Positions 51,501 through 64,000 of a DNA stretch of 64,000 bases are shown one piece after another (the stretch's first letter is position 1; every line of letters starts with the position of its first letter). Made by a program: the position numbers and the translations under genes. The notes below the pieces were generated by a model. The model was given only the letters and a program-made list of their open reading frames with translations. It was not told where the DNA came from and did no database searches. This DNA is from Eledone cirrhosa (lineage: Eukaryota). The DNA is taken from positions 28,644,001 through 28,708,000 of the forward strand of contig OZ024747.1 in assembly GCA_964016885.1 (NCBI GenBank), given 5' to 3'.

Positions 51501-54500
51501 TACTAGAGTGGTAGACAGGTAGACATACCAGTATTGTAGATGTAGAACTGACAACATGATACTACAGTGGCAGACAGAACAGTATTGTAGATGTAAAACT
51601 GACAACATCGTACTACAGTGGCAGATAGACCAGTATTGTAGATGTAAAACTGACAACAAGATACTACAGTGGCAGACAGAACAGTATTGCAGATTTAAAA
51701 CTGACAACATGGTACTACAGTGGCAGATAGAACAGTATTGTAGATGTAAAACTGACAACATGTTACTAAGGTGACAGACAGAACAAATATTGTAGATGTA
51801 AAACTGACAACATGGTACTACAGCGGTAGACAGAACAGTATTATAAATGTAAAACTGACAACATGGGACTACAGTGGCAGATAGAACAGTATTGTAGATG
51901 TAAAACTGACAACATGCTACTACAGTGGCAGACAGAACAGTATTGTAGATGTAAAACTGACAACATGGTACTACAGTGGCAGACAGAACAGTATTGTAGA
52001 TGTAAAACTGACAACATGATACTACACTGGCAGACAGAACAGTATTGTAGATGTAAAACTGACAACATGGTACTACAGTGGCAGACAGAACTGTATTGTA
52101 GATGTAAAACTGACAACATGGTACTACAATGGCAGACAGAACAGTATTGTAGCTGTAAAACTGACAACATGGTACTACAGTGGCAGACAGAACAGTATTG
52201 TAGATGTAAAACTGACAACATGATACTACAGTGGCAGAGAGAACAGTATTGTAGATGTAAAACTAACAAGATGGTACTACAGTGGTAGACAGAACAGTAT
52301 TGTAGATGTAAAACTGACAACATGATACTACAGTGGCAGATAGAACAGTATTGTAGATGTAAAACTGACAACATGGTACTAAGGTGGCAGACAGAACATT
52401 ATTGTAGATGTAAAATTGACAACATGGTACTACAGTGGCAGACAGACCAGTATTGTAGATGTAAAACAGACAACATGGTACTACAGTGGCAGACAGAACA
52501 GTACTGTAGATGTAAAACTGACAACATGGTACTGCAGTGGCAGACAGAACAGTATTGCAGATGTAAAACTGACAACATGGTACTAAAGTGGCAGATAGAA
52601 CAGTATTGTAGATGTAAAACTGACAACATGGTGCTAAGGTGGCAGACAGAACAAATATTGTAGATGTAAAACTGACAACATGGTACTACAGTGGTAGACA
52701 GAACAGTATTGTAGATGTAAAACTGACAACATGGTACTACAGTGGCAGATAGAACAGTATTGTAGATGTAAAACTGACAACATGATACTACAGTGGTAGA
52801 CAGAACAGTATTGTAGATGTAAAACTGACAACATGGTACTCCAGTGGCAGACAGAACAGTATCGTAGATGTAAAACTGACAACATTGTACTACACTGGCA
52901 GACAGAACAGTATTGTAGATGTAAAACTGACAACATGGTACTACAGTGGTAGACAGCTAGACAGACCAGTATTGTAGATGTAAAACTGACAACGTGGTAC
53001 TAAGGTGGCAGACAGAACAATATTGTAGATGTAAAATTGACAACATGATACTACAGTGGTAGACAGAACAGTATTGTAGATGTAAAGCTGACAACATAAT
53101 ACTACAGTGGTAGACAGAACAGTATTGTAGATGTAAAACTGAGAACAGGGAACTACAGTGGCAGACAGAACAGTATCGTAGATGTAAAGCTGACAACATA
53201 ATACTACAGTGGTAGACAGAACAGTATTGTAGATGTAAAACTGACAACATGGTACTACAGTGGCAGACAGAACAGTATTGTAGATGTAAAACTGACAACA
53301 TGGTACTACAGGGGCAGACAGAATAGTATTGTAGATGTAAAACTGACAACATGATACTACAGTGGTAGACAGAACAGTATTATAGATGTAAAACTGACAA
53401 CATGATACTACAGTGGTAGACAGACCACTACTGTAGATGTAAAACTGACAACATGATACTAGAGTGGTAGACAGGTAGACATACCAGTATTGTAGATGTA
53501 AAACAGACAACATGGTACTACAGTGGTAGACAGTACAGTATTGTAGATGTAAAACTGACAACATGGTACTATAGTGGCAGACAGAACAGTATTGTAGATG
53601 AAAAACTGACAACATGATACTACAGTGGTAGACAGACCACTATTGTAGATGTAAAACTGACAACATGATACTACAGTGGCAGACAGACCAGTATTGTAGA
53701 TGTAAAACTGACAACATCGTCCTACAGTGGCAGACAGAACAGTATTGTAGATGTAAAACTGACAACAAGATACTACAGTGGTAGACAGAACAGTATTGCA
53801 GATGTAAAACTGACAACATGGTACTACAGTGGCAGATAGAACAGTATTGTAGATGTAAAACTGACAGCATGGTACTACAGTGGCAGACAGAACAGTATTG
53901 TAGATGTAAAACTGACAACATGGTACTACAGTGGTAGACAGAATAGTATTTTAGATGTAAAACTGACAACATGATACTACAGTGGTAGTAAGAACAGTAT
54001 TGTAGATGTAAAACTGACAACATGATACTACAGTGGTAGACAGACCACTACTGTAGATGTAAAACTGACAACATGATACTAGAGTGGTAGACAGGTAGAC
54101 ATACCAGAATTGTAGATGTAAAACAGACAACATGGTACTACAGTGGTAGTAAGAACAGTATTGTAGATGTAAAACTGACAACATGAAACTACAGTGGTAG
54201 ACAGACAACTACTGTAGATGTAAAACTGACAACATGATACAACAGTGGCAGACAGAACAGTATTGTAGATGTAAAACTGACAACATCGTACTACATTGGC
54301 AGACAGAACAGTATTGTAGATGTAAAACAGACAACAAGATACTACAGTGGTAGACACAACAGTATTGCAGATGTAAAACTGACAACATGGTACTACAGTG
54401 GCAGACAGAACAGTATTGTAGATTTAAAACTGACAACATGGTACTACAGTGGCAGACAGAACAGTATAGTAGATGTAAAACTGACAACATGGTACTACAG

Positions 54501-57500
54501 TGGCAGACAGAACAGTATCGTAGATGTAAAACTGACAACATGATACTACACTGGCAGACAGAACAGTATTGTAGATGTAAAACTGACAACATGGTGCTAC
54601 AGTGGCAGACAGAACAGTATTGTAGATGTAAAACTGACAACATGGTACTACAGTGGCAGACAGAACAGTATTGTAGATGTAAAACTGACAACATGGTACT
54701 ACAGTGGCAGACAGAACAAATATTGTAGATGTAAAACTGACAACAAGGTACTACAGTGGTAGACAGAACAGTTTTGTAGATGTAAAACTGACAACATGGT
54801 ACTACAGTGGCAGACAGAACAGTATTGTAGATGTAAAACTGATAACATGGTACTACAGTGGCAGACAGAACAGTATTGTAGATGTAAAACTGACAACATG
54901 GTACTACAGTGGCAGACAGAACAGTATTGTAGATGTAAAACTGACAACATGGTACTACAGTGGCAGACAGAACAGTATAGTAGATGTAAAACTGACAACA
55001 TGGTACTACAGTGGCAGACAGAACAGTATTGTAGATGTAAAACTGACAACATGATACTACAGTGGTAGACAGAACAGTATTGTAGATGTAAAACTGACAA
55101 CATGGTACTACAGTGGCAGACAGAACAGTATTGTAGATGTAAAACTGACAACATGGTACTACAGTGGCAGACAGAACAGTATTGTAGATGTAAAACTGAC
55201 AACATGGTACTACAGTGGCAGACAGAACAGTATAGTAGATGTAAAACTGACAACATGGTACTACAGTGGCAGACAGAACAGTATTGTAGATGTAAAACTG
55301 ACAACATGGTACTACAGTGGCAGATAGAACAGTATTGTAGATGTAAAACTGACAACATGGTACTACAGTGGCAGACAGAACAGTATTATAGCTGTAAAAC
55401 TGACAACGTGGTACAGCAGTGGCACACAGAACAGTATTGTAGATGTAAAAGTGACAACATGGTACTAAATTGGCAGACAGAACAATATTGTAGATGTAAA
55501 ACTGACAACATGGTACGACAGTGGCAGACAGAACAGTATTGTAGATGTAAAACTGACAACATGGTACTAAGGTGGCAGACAGAACAATATTGTAGATGTA
55601 AAATTGACAACATGGTACTACAGTGGCAGACAGAATAGTATTGTAGATGTAAAACTGACAACATGATACTAGAGTGGTAGACAGGTAGACAGACCAGTAT
55701 TGTAGATGTAAAACAGACAACATGGTACTACAGTGGTAGACAGAACAGTATTGTAGATGTAAAACTGACAACATGGTACTACAGTGGCAGACAGAACAGT
55801 ATTGTAGATGTAAAACTGACAACAAGATACTACAGTGGTAGACACAACAGTATTGCAGATGTAAAACTGACAACATGGTACTACAGTGGCAGACAGAACA
55901 GTATTGTAGATGTAAAACTGACAACATGGTACTACAGTGGCAGACAGAACAGTATAGTAGATGTAAAACTGACAACATGGTACTACAGTGGCAGACAGAA
56001 CAGTATCGTACATGTAAAACTGACAACATGATACTACACTGGCAGACAGAACAGTATTGTAGATGTAAAACTGACAACATGGTGCTACAGTGGCAGACAG
56101 AACAGTATTGTAGATGTAAAACTGACAACATGGTACTACAGTGGCAGACAGAACAGTATTGTAGATGTAAAACTGACAACATGGTACTAAGGTGGCAGAC
56201 AGAACAAATATTGTAGATGTAAAACTGACAACAAGGTACTACAGTGGTAGACAGAACAGTTTTGTAGATGTAAAACTGACAACATGGTACTACAGTGGCA
56301 GACAGAACAGTATTGTAGATGTAAAACTGACAACATGATACTACACTGGCAGACAGAACAGTATTGTAGATGTAAAACTGACAACATGGTACTACAGTGG
56401 CAGACAGAACAGTATTGTAGATGTAAAACTGACAACATGGTACTACAGTGGCAGACAGAACAGTATAGTAGATGTAAAACCGACAACATGGTACAACAGT
56501 GGCAGACAGAACAGTATTGTAGATGTAAAACTGACAACATGATACTACACTGGCAGACAGAACAGTATTGTAGATGTAAAACTGACAACATGGTACTACA
56601 GTGGCAGACAGAACAGTATTGCAGATGTAAAACTGACAACATGATACTACAGTGGTAGACAGAACAGTATTGTAGATGTAAAACTGACAACATGATACTA
56701 CAGCGGTAGACAGACCACTACTGTAGATGTAAAACTGACAACATGGTACTACAGTGGTAGACAGTTAGACAGACCAGTATTGTAGATGTAAAACAGACAA
56801 CATGGTACTACAGTGGTAGACAGAACAATATTGTAGATGTAAAACTGACAACATGGTACTACAGTGGCAGACAGAACAGTATTGTAGATGTAAAACTGAC
56901 AACATGATACTACAGTGGTAGACAGACCAGTATTGTAGATGTAAAACTGACAACATGGTACTACAGTGGTAGACAGAACAGTATTGTAGATGTAAAACTG
57001 ACAACATGGTACTACAGTGGCAGATAGAACAATGTTGTAGATGTAAAACTGACAACATGGTACTACAGTGGCAGACAGAACAGTATTGTAGATGTAAAAC
57101 TGACAACATGGTACTAAGGTGGCAGACAGAACAATATTGTAGATGTAAAACTGACAACATGGTACTACAGTGGCAGACAGAACAGTATTGTAGATGTAAA
57201 ACTGACAACATGGTACTACAGTGGCAGACAGAACAGTATTGTAGATGTAAAACTGACAACATGATACTACAGTGGTAGACAGACCACTACTGTAGATGTA
57301 AAACTGACAACATGGTACTACAGTGGTAGACAGATAGACAGACCAGTATTGTAGATGTAAAACAGACAACATGGTACTACAGTGGTAGACAGAACAATAT
57401 TGTAGATGTAAAACTGACAACATGGTACTACAGTGGTAGACAGAATAGTATTGTAGATGTAAAACTGACAACATGATACTACAGTGGTAGACAGAACAGT

Positions 57501-60500
57501 ATTGTAGATGTAAAACTGAAAACATGGTACTACAGTGGCAGACAGAACAGTATTGTAGATGTAAAACTAACAACATGATACTACATTGGCAGACAGAACA
57601 GTATTGTAGATGTAAAACTGACAACATGGTACTACAGTGGCAGATAGAACAGTATTGTAGATGTAAAACTGACAATATGGTACTAAGGTGGCAGACAGAA
57701 CAAATATTGTAGATGTAAAATTGACAACATGATACTACAGTGGCAGACAGAACAGTATTGTAGATGTAAAACTGACAACATGGTACTACAGTGGCAGATA
57801 GAACAGTATTGTAGATGTAAAACTGACAACATGGTACTACAGTGGTAGACAGAACAGTATTGTAGAAGTAAAACTGAAAACATGGTACTACAGTGGTAGA
57901 CAGCTAGACAGACCAGTAATATAGATGTAAAACTGACAACGTGATACTACAGGGGTAGACAGAACAGTATTGTAGATGTAAAACTGACAGCATGGTACTA
58001 CAGTGGCAGACAGAACAGTATTGTAGATGTAAAACTGACATCATGGTACTACAGTGGCAGACAGAACAGAATTGTAGATGTAAAACTGACAACATGGTAC
58101 TACAGTGGCAGACAGAACAGTATTGTAGATGTAAAACTGACAACATGGTACTACAGTGGCAGACAGAACAGTATAGTAGATGTAAAACTGACAACATGGT
58201 ACTACAGTGGCAGACAGAACAGTATTGTAGATGTAAAACTGACAACATGGTACTACAGTGGCAGATAGAACAGTATTGTAGATGTAAAACTGACAACATG
58301 GTACTACAGTGGCAGACAGAACAGTATTATAGCTGTAAAACTGACAACGTGGTACAGCAGTGGCACACAGAACAGTATTGTAGATGTAAAAGTGACAACA
58401 TGGTACTAAATTGGCAGACAGAACAATATTGTAGATGTAAAACTGACAACATGGTACGACAGTGGCAGACAGAACAGTATTGTAGATGTAAAACTGACAA
58501 CATGGTACTAAGGTGGCAGACAGAACAATATTGTAGATGTAAAATTGACAACATGGTACTACAGTGGCAGACAGAATAGTATTGTAGATGTAAAACTGAC
58601 AACATGATACTAGAGTGGTAGACAGGTAGACAGACCAGTATTGTAGATGTAAAACAGACAACATGGTACTACAGTGGTAGACAGAACAGTATTGTAGATG
58701 TAAAACTGACAACATGGTACTACAGTGGCAGACAGAACAGTATTGTAGATGTAAAACTGACAACAAGATACTACAGTGGTAGACACAACAGTATTGCAGA
58801 TGTAAAACTGACAACATGGTACTACAGTGGCAGACAGAACAGTATTGTAGATGTAAAACTGACAACATGGTACTACAGTGGCAGACAGAACAGTATAGTA
58901 GATGTAAAACTGACAACATGGTACTACAGTGGCAGACAGAACAGTATCGTACATGTAAAACTGACAACATGATACTACACTGGCAGACAGAACAGTATTG
59001 TAGATGTAAAACTGACAACATGGTGCTACAGTGGCAGACAGAACAGTATTGTAGATGTAAAACTGACAACATGGTACTACAGTGGCAGACAGAACAGTAT
59101 TGTAGATGTAAAACTGACAACATGGTACTAAGGTGGCAGACAGAACAAATATTGTAGATGTAAAACTGACAACAAGGTACTACAGTGGTAGACAGAACAG
59201 TTTTGTAGATGTAAAACTGACAACATGGTACTACAGTGGCAGACAGAACAGTATTGTAGATGTAAAACTGACAACATGATACTACACTGGCAGACAGAAC
59301 AGTATTGTAGATGTAAAACTGACAACATGGTACTACAGTGGCAGACAGAACAGTATTGTAGATGTAAAACTGACAACATGGTACTACAGTGGCAGACAGA
59401 ACAGTATTGTAGATGTAAAACTGACAACATGGTACTACAGTGGCAGACAGAACAGTATAGTAGATGTAAAACCGACAACATGGTACAACAGTGGCAGACA
59501 GAACAGTATTGTAGATGTAAAACTGACAACATGATACTACACTGGCAGACAGAACAGTATTGTAGATGTAAAACTGACAACATGGTACTACAGTGGCAGA
59601 CAGAACAGTATTGCAGATGTAAAACTGACAACATGATACTACAGTGGTAGACAGAACAGTATTGTAGATGTAAAACTGACAACATGATACTACAGCGGTA
59701 GACAGACCACTACTGTAGATGTAAAACTGACAAAATGGTACTACAGTGGTAGACAGTTAGACAGACCAGTATTGTAGATGTAAAACTGACAACATGGTAC
59801 TACAGTGGCAGACAGAACAGTATTGTAGATGTAAAACTGACAACATGATACTACAGTGGTAGACAGACCACTACTGTAGATGTAAAACTGACAACATGGT
59901 ACTACAGTGGCAGACAGAACAGTATTGTAGATGTAAAACTGACAACATGATACTACAGTGGTAGACAGACCAGTATTGTAGATGTAAAACTGACAACATG
60001 GTACTACAGTGGTAGACAGAACAGTATTGTAGATGTAAAACTGACAACATGGTACTACAGTGGCAGATAGAACAATGTTGTAGATGTAAAACTGACAACA
60101 TGGTACTACAGTGGCAGACAGAACAGTATTGTAGATGTAAAACTGACAACATGGTACTAAGGTGGCAGACAGAACAATATTGTAGATGTAAAACTGACAA
60201 CATGGTACTACAGTGGCAGACAGAACAGTATTGTAGATGTAAAACTGACAACATGGTACTACAGTGGCAGACAGAACAGTATTGTAGATGTAAAACTGAC
60301 AACATGATACTACAGTGGTAGACAGACCACTACTGTAGATGTAAAACTGACAACATGGTACTACAGTGGTAGACAGATAGACAGACCAGTATTGTAGATG
60401 TAAAACAGACAACATGGTACTACAGTGGTAGACAGAACAATATTGTAGATGTAAAACTGACAACATGGTACTACAGTGGTAGACAGAATAGTATTGTAGA

Positions 60501-63500
60501 TGTAAAACTGACAACATGATACTACAGTGGTAGACAGAACAGTATTGTAGATGTAAAACTGAAAACATGGTACTACAGTGGCAGACAGAACAGTATTGTA
60601 GATGTAAAACTAACAACATGATACTACATTGGCAGACAGAACAGTATTGTAGATGTAAAACTGACAACATGGTACTACAGTGGCAGATAGAACAGTATTG
60701 TAGATGTAAAACTGACAATATGGTACTAAGGTGGCAGACAGAACAAATATTGTAGATGTAAAACTGACAACATGATACTACAGTGGCAGACAGAACAGTA
60801 TTGTAGATGTAAAACTGACAACATGGTACTACAGTGGCAGATAGAACAGTATTGTAGATGTAAAACTGACAACATGGTACTACAGTGGTAGACAGAACAG
60901 TATTGTAGAAGTAAAACTGAAAACATGGTACTACAGTGGTAGACAGCTAGACAGACCAGTATTATAGATGTAAAACTGACAACGTGATACTACAGGGGTA
61001 GACAGAACAGTATTGTAGATGTAAAACTGACAGCATGGTACTACAGTGGCAGACAGAACAGTATTGTAGATGTAAAACTGACATCATGGTACTACAGTGG
61101 CAGACAGAACAGAATTGTAGATGTAAAACTAACAACATGATACTACATTGGCAGACAGAACAGTATTGTAGATGTAAAACTGACAACATGATACTACAGT
61201 GGTAGACAGACCACTACAGTAGATGTAAAACTGACAACATGGTCCTACAGTGGTAGACAGTTAGACATACCAGTATTGTAGATGTAAAACAGACAACATG
61301 GTACTACAGTGGTAGACAGAACAATATTGTAGATGTAAAACTGACAACATGGTACTACAGTGGTAGACAGAATAGTATTGTAGATGTAAAACTGACAACA
61401 TGGTACTACAGTGGCAGACAGAACAGTATTGTAGATGTAAAACTGACAACATGATACTACAGTGGTAGACAGACCAGTATTGTAGATGTAAAACTGACAA
61501 CATGGTACTACAGTGGTAGAGAGAACAGTATTGTAGATGTAAAACTGACAACATGGTACTACAGTGGCAGACAGAACAGTATTGTAGATGTAAAACTGAC
61601 AACATGATACTACAGTGGTAGACAGACCACTACTGTAGATGTAAAACTGACAACATGGTACTACAGTGGTAGACAGGTAGACAGACCAGTATTGTAGATG
61701 TAAAACAGAGAACATGGTACTACAGTGGTAGAACAGAACAATATTGTAGATGTAAAACTGACAACATGGTACTACAGTGGTAGACAGAATAGTATTGTAG
61801 ATGTAAAACTGATAACATGATACTACAGTGGTAGACAGAACAGTATTGTAGATGTAAAACTGACAACATGGTACTACAGTGGCAGACAGAACAGTATTGT
61901 AGATGTAAAACTGACAACATGATACTACAGAGGTAGACAGACCACTACTGTAGATGTAAAACTGACAACATGGTACTACAGTGGTAGACAGAACAGTATT
62001 GTAGATGTAAAACTGACAACATGGTACTACAGTGGCAGACAGAACAGTATTGCAGATGTAAAACTGACAATATGGTACTACAGTGGCAGATAGAACAGTA
62101 TTGTAGATGTAAAACTGACAACATGGTACTAAGGCGGCAGACAGAACAAATATTGTAGATGTAAAACTAACAACATGATACTACAGTGGCAGACAGTACA
62201 GTATTGTAGATGTAAAACTGACAATATGATACTACAGTGGCAGACAGAACAGTATTGTAGATGTAAAACTGACAACATGATACTACAGTGGTAGACAGAA
62301 CAGTATTGTAGATGTAAAACTGACAGCATGGTACTAAGGTGGCAGACAGAACAATATTGTAGATGTAAAACTGACAACATGATACTACAGAGGTAGACAG
62401 AACAGTATTGTAGATGTAAAACTGACAACATGGTACTACAGTGGCAGATAGAACAATATTGTAGATGTAAAACTGACAACATGGTACTACAGTGGCAGAC
62501 AGAACAGTATTGTAGATGTAAAACTGACAACATGATACTACAGTGGTAGACAGACCACTACTGTAGATGTAAAACTGACAACATGGTACTACAGTGGTAG
62601 ACAGATAGACAGACCAGTATTGTAGATGTAAAACAGACAACATGGTACTACAGTGGTAGACAGAACAATATTGTAGATGTAAAACTGACAACATAATACT
62701 ACAGTGGTAGACAGAACAGTATTGTAGATGTAAAACTGACAAGATGATACTACAGTGGTAGACAGACCACTACTGTAAATGTAAAACTGACAACATGGTA
62801 CTACAGTGGTAGACAGAACAGTATTGTAGATGTAAAACTGACAACATGGTACTACAGTGGTAGACAGAACAGTATTGTAGATGTAAAACTGACAACATGG
62901 TACTACAGTGGCAGACAGAACAGTACTGTTGATGTAAAACTGACAACATGGTACTAAGGTGGCAGAGAGAACAAATATTGTAGATGGAAAAATGACAATA
63001 TGGTACTACAGTGGTAGACAGAACAGTATTATAGATGTAAAACTGACAACATGATACTACAGTGGTAGACAGAACAGTATAGTAGATGTAAAACTGACAA
63101 CATGGTACTACAGTGGCAGACAGAACAGTATTGTAGATGTAAAACTGACAACATGGTACTACAGTGGCAGACAGAACAGTATTGTAGATGTAAAACTGAC
63201 AATATGGTACTACAGTGGCAGACAGAACAGTATTGTAGATGTAAAACTGACAACATGGTACTACAGTGGTAGACAGAACAGTATTGTAGATGTAAAACTG
63301 ACAACATGGTACTACAGTGGTAGACAGAACAGTATTGTAGATGTAAAACTGACAACATGGTACTACAGTGGCAGACAGAACAGTATTGTAGATGTAAAAC
63401 TGACAACATGATACTACAGTGGTAGACAGACCACTACTGTAGATGTAAAACTGACAACATGGTTCTACAGTGGTAGACAGGTAGATAGACCAGTATTGTA

Positions 63501-64000
63501 GATGTAAAACAGACAACATGGTACTACAGTGGTAGACAGAACAATATCGTAGATGTAAAACTGACAACATGGTACTACAGTGGTAGACAGAACAGTATTG
63601 TAGATGTAAAACTGACAACATGGTACTACAGTGGCAGACAGAACAGTATTGCAGATGTAAAACTGACAACATGGTACTACAGTGGCAGATAGAACAGTAT
63701 TGTAGATGTAAAACTGACAACATGGTACTAAGGTGGCAGACAGAATAAATATTGTAGATGTAAAACTGACAATATGGTACTACAGTGGTAGACAGAACAG
63801 TATTGTAGATGTAAAACTAACAACATGGTACTACAGTGGCAGATAGAACAATATTGTAGATGTAAAATTGACAACATGGTACTACAGTGGCAGACAGAAC
63901 AGTATTGTAGATGTAAAACTGACAACATGGTACTACAGTGATAGACAGAACAGTATTGTAGATGTAAAACTGACAACATGGTACTACAGTGGCAGACAGA
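48565..64000. repeat. 51-bp satellite array, at least 15.4 kb (about 300 monomers), in a STAM intron, running off the window end
   Basis: Consensus gtattgtagatgtaaaactgacaacatggtactacagtggcagacagaaca, with recurrent 59-bp (gtagacag duplication) and 52-bp variants. Confidence 0.98.

Noticed and set aside
48510-63979. Dozens of long Cys/His/Tyr-rich ORFs (MLSVLHLQYCSVCHCST, CCQFYIYNTVLSATVVP, MVLQWQTEQYCRCKTDN repeats) resembling zinc-finger or metallothionein proteins
   Set aside because: The 51-bp unit is a multiple of 3 and stop-free in four of six frames. Frequent 8-bp and 1-bp indels switch frames freely, so there is no sign of coding constraint.
48565-64000. CRISPR-like array or tandem ribozyme array
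   Set aside because: No unique spacers, no cas genes, eukaryotic context, and no CUGANGA/GAAA core on either strand of the monomer

Overview
AT-rich animal genomic DNA, most likely an octopus or other cephalopod. That assignment is an inference from the tRNA-derived SINE families, the RTE/CR1 LINE content and the abundant (TA)n/(CA)n/(GAT)n microsatellites. There are two host genes in convergent orientation. One is a ZNF800-like C2H2 zinc-finger gene on + (coding exons 20606-21217 and 22552-23691). The other is the 3' half of STAM on - (8 phase-consistent exons from 48053 to 40304, covering SH3, GAT/coiled-coil and the P/Q-rich tail). The last 15.4 kb is a 51-bp satellite inside a STAM intron, with a ~3-kb higher-order duplication. 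The rest is transposon-derived. It includes a young near-full-length CR1 LINE (1-~4660, -) whose ATG-less ORF2 is joined to ORF1 by a G GGA AAC-UAA slippery site. It also includes RTE LINEs with a PHD finger inside the RT domain, a Penelope-like fragment with a hammerhead-ribozyme-like fold, L1/Tx1 and mariner relics, hAT- and piggyBac-type MITEs, fold-back elements and SINEs. No database searches were run; family names come from motif recognition.
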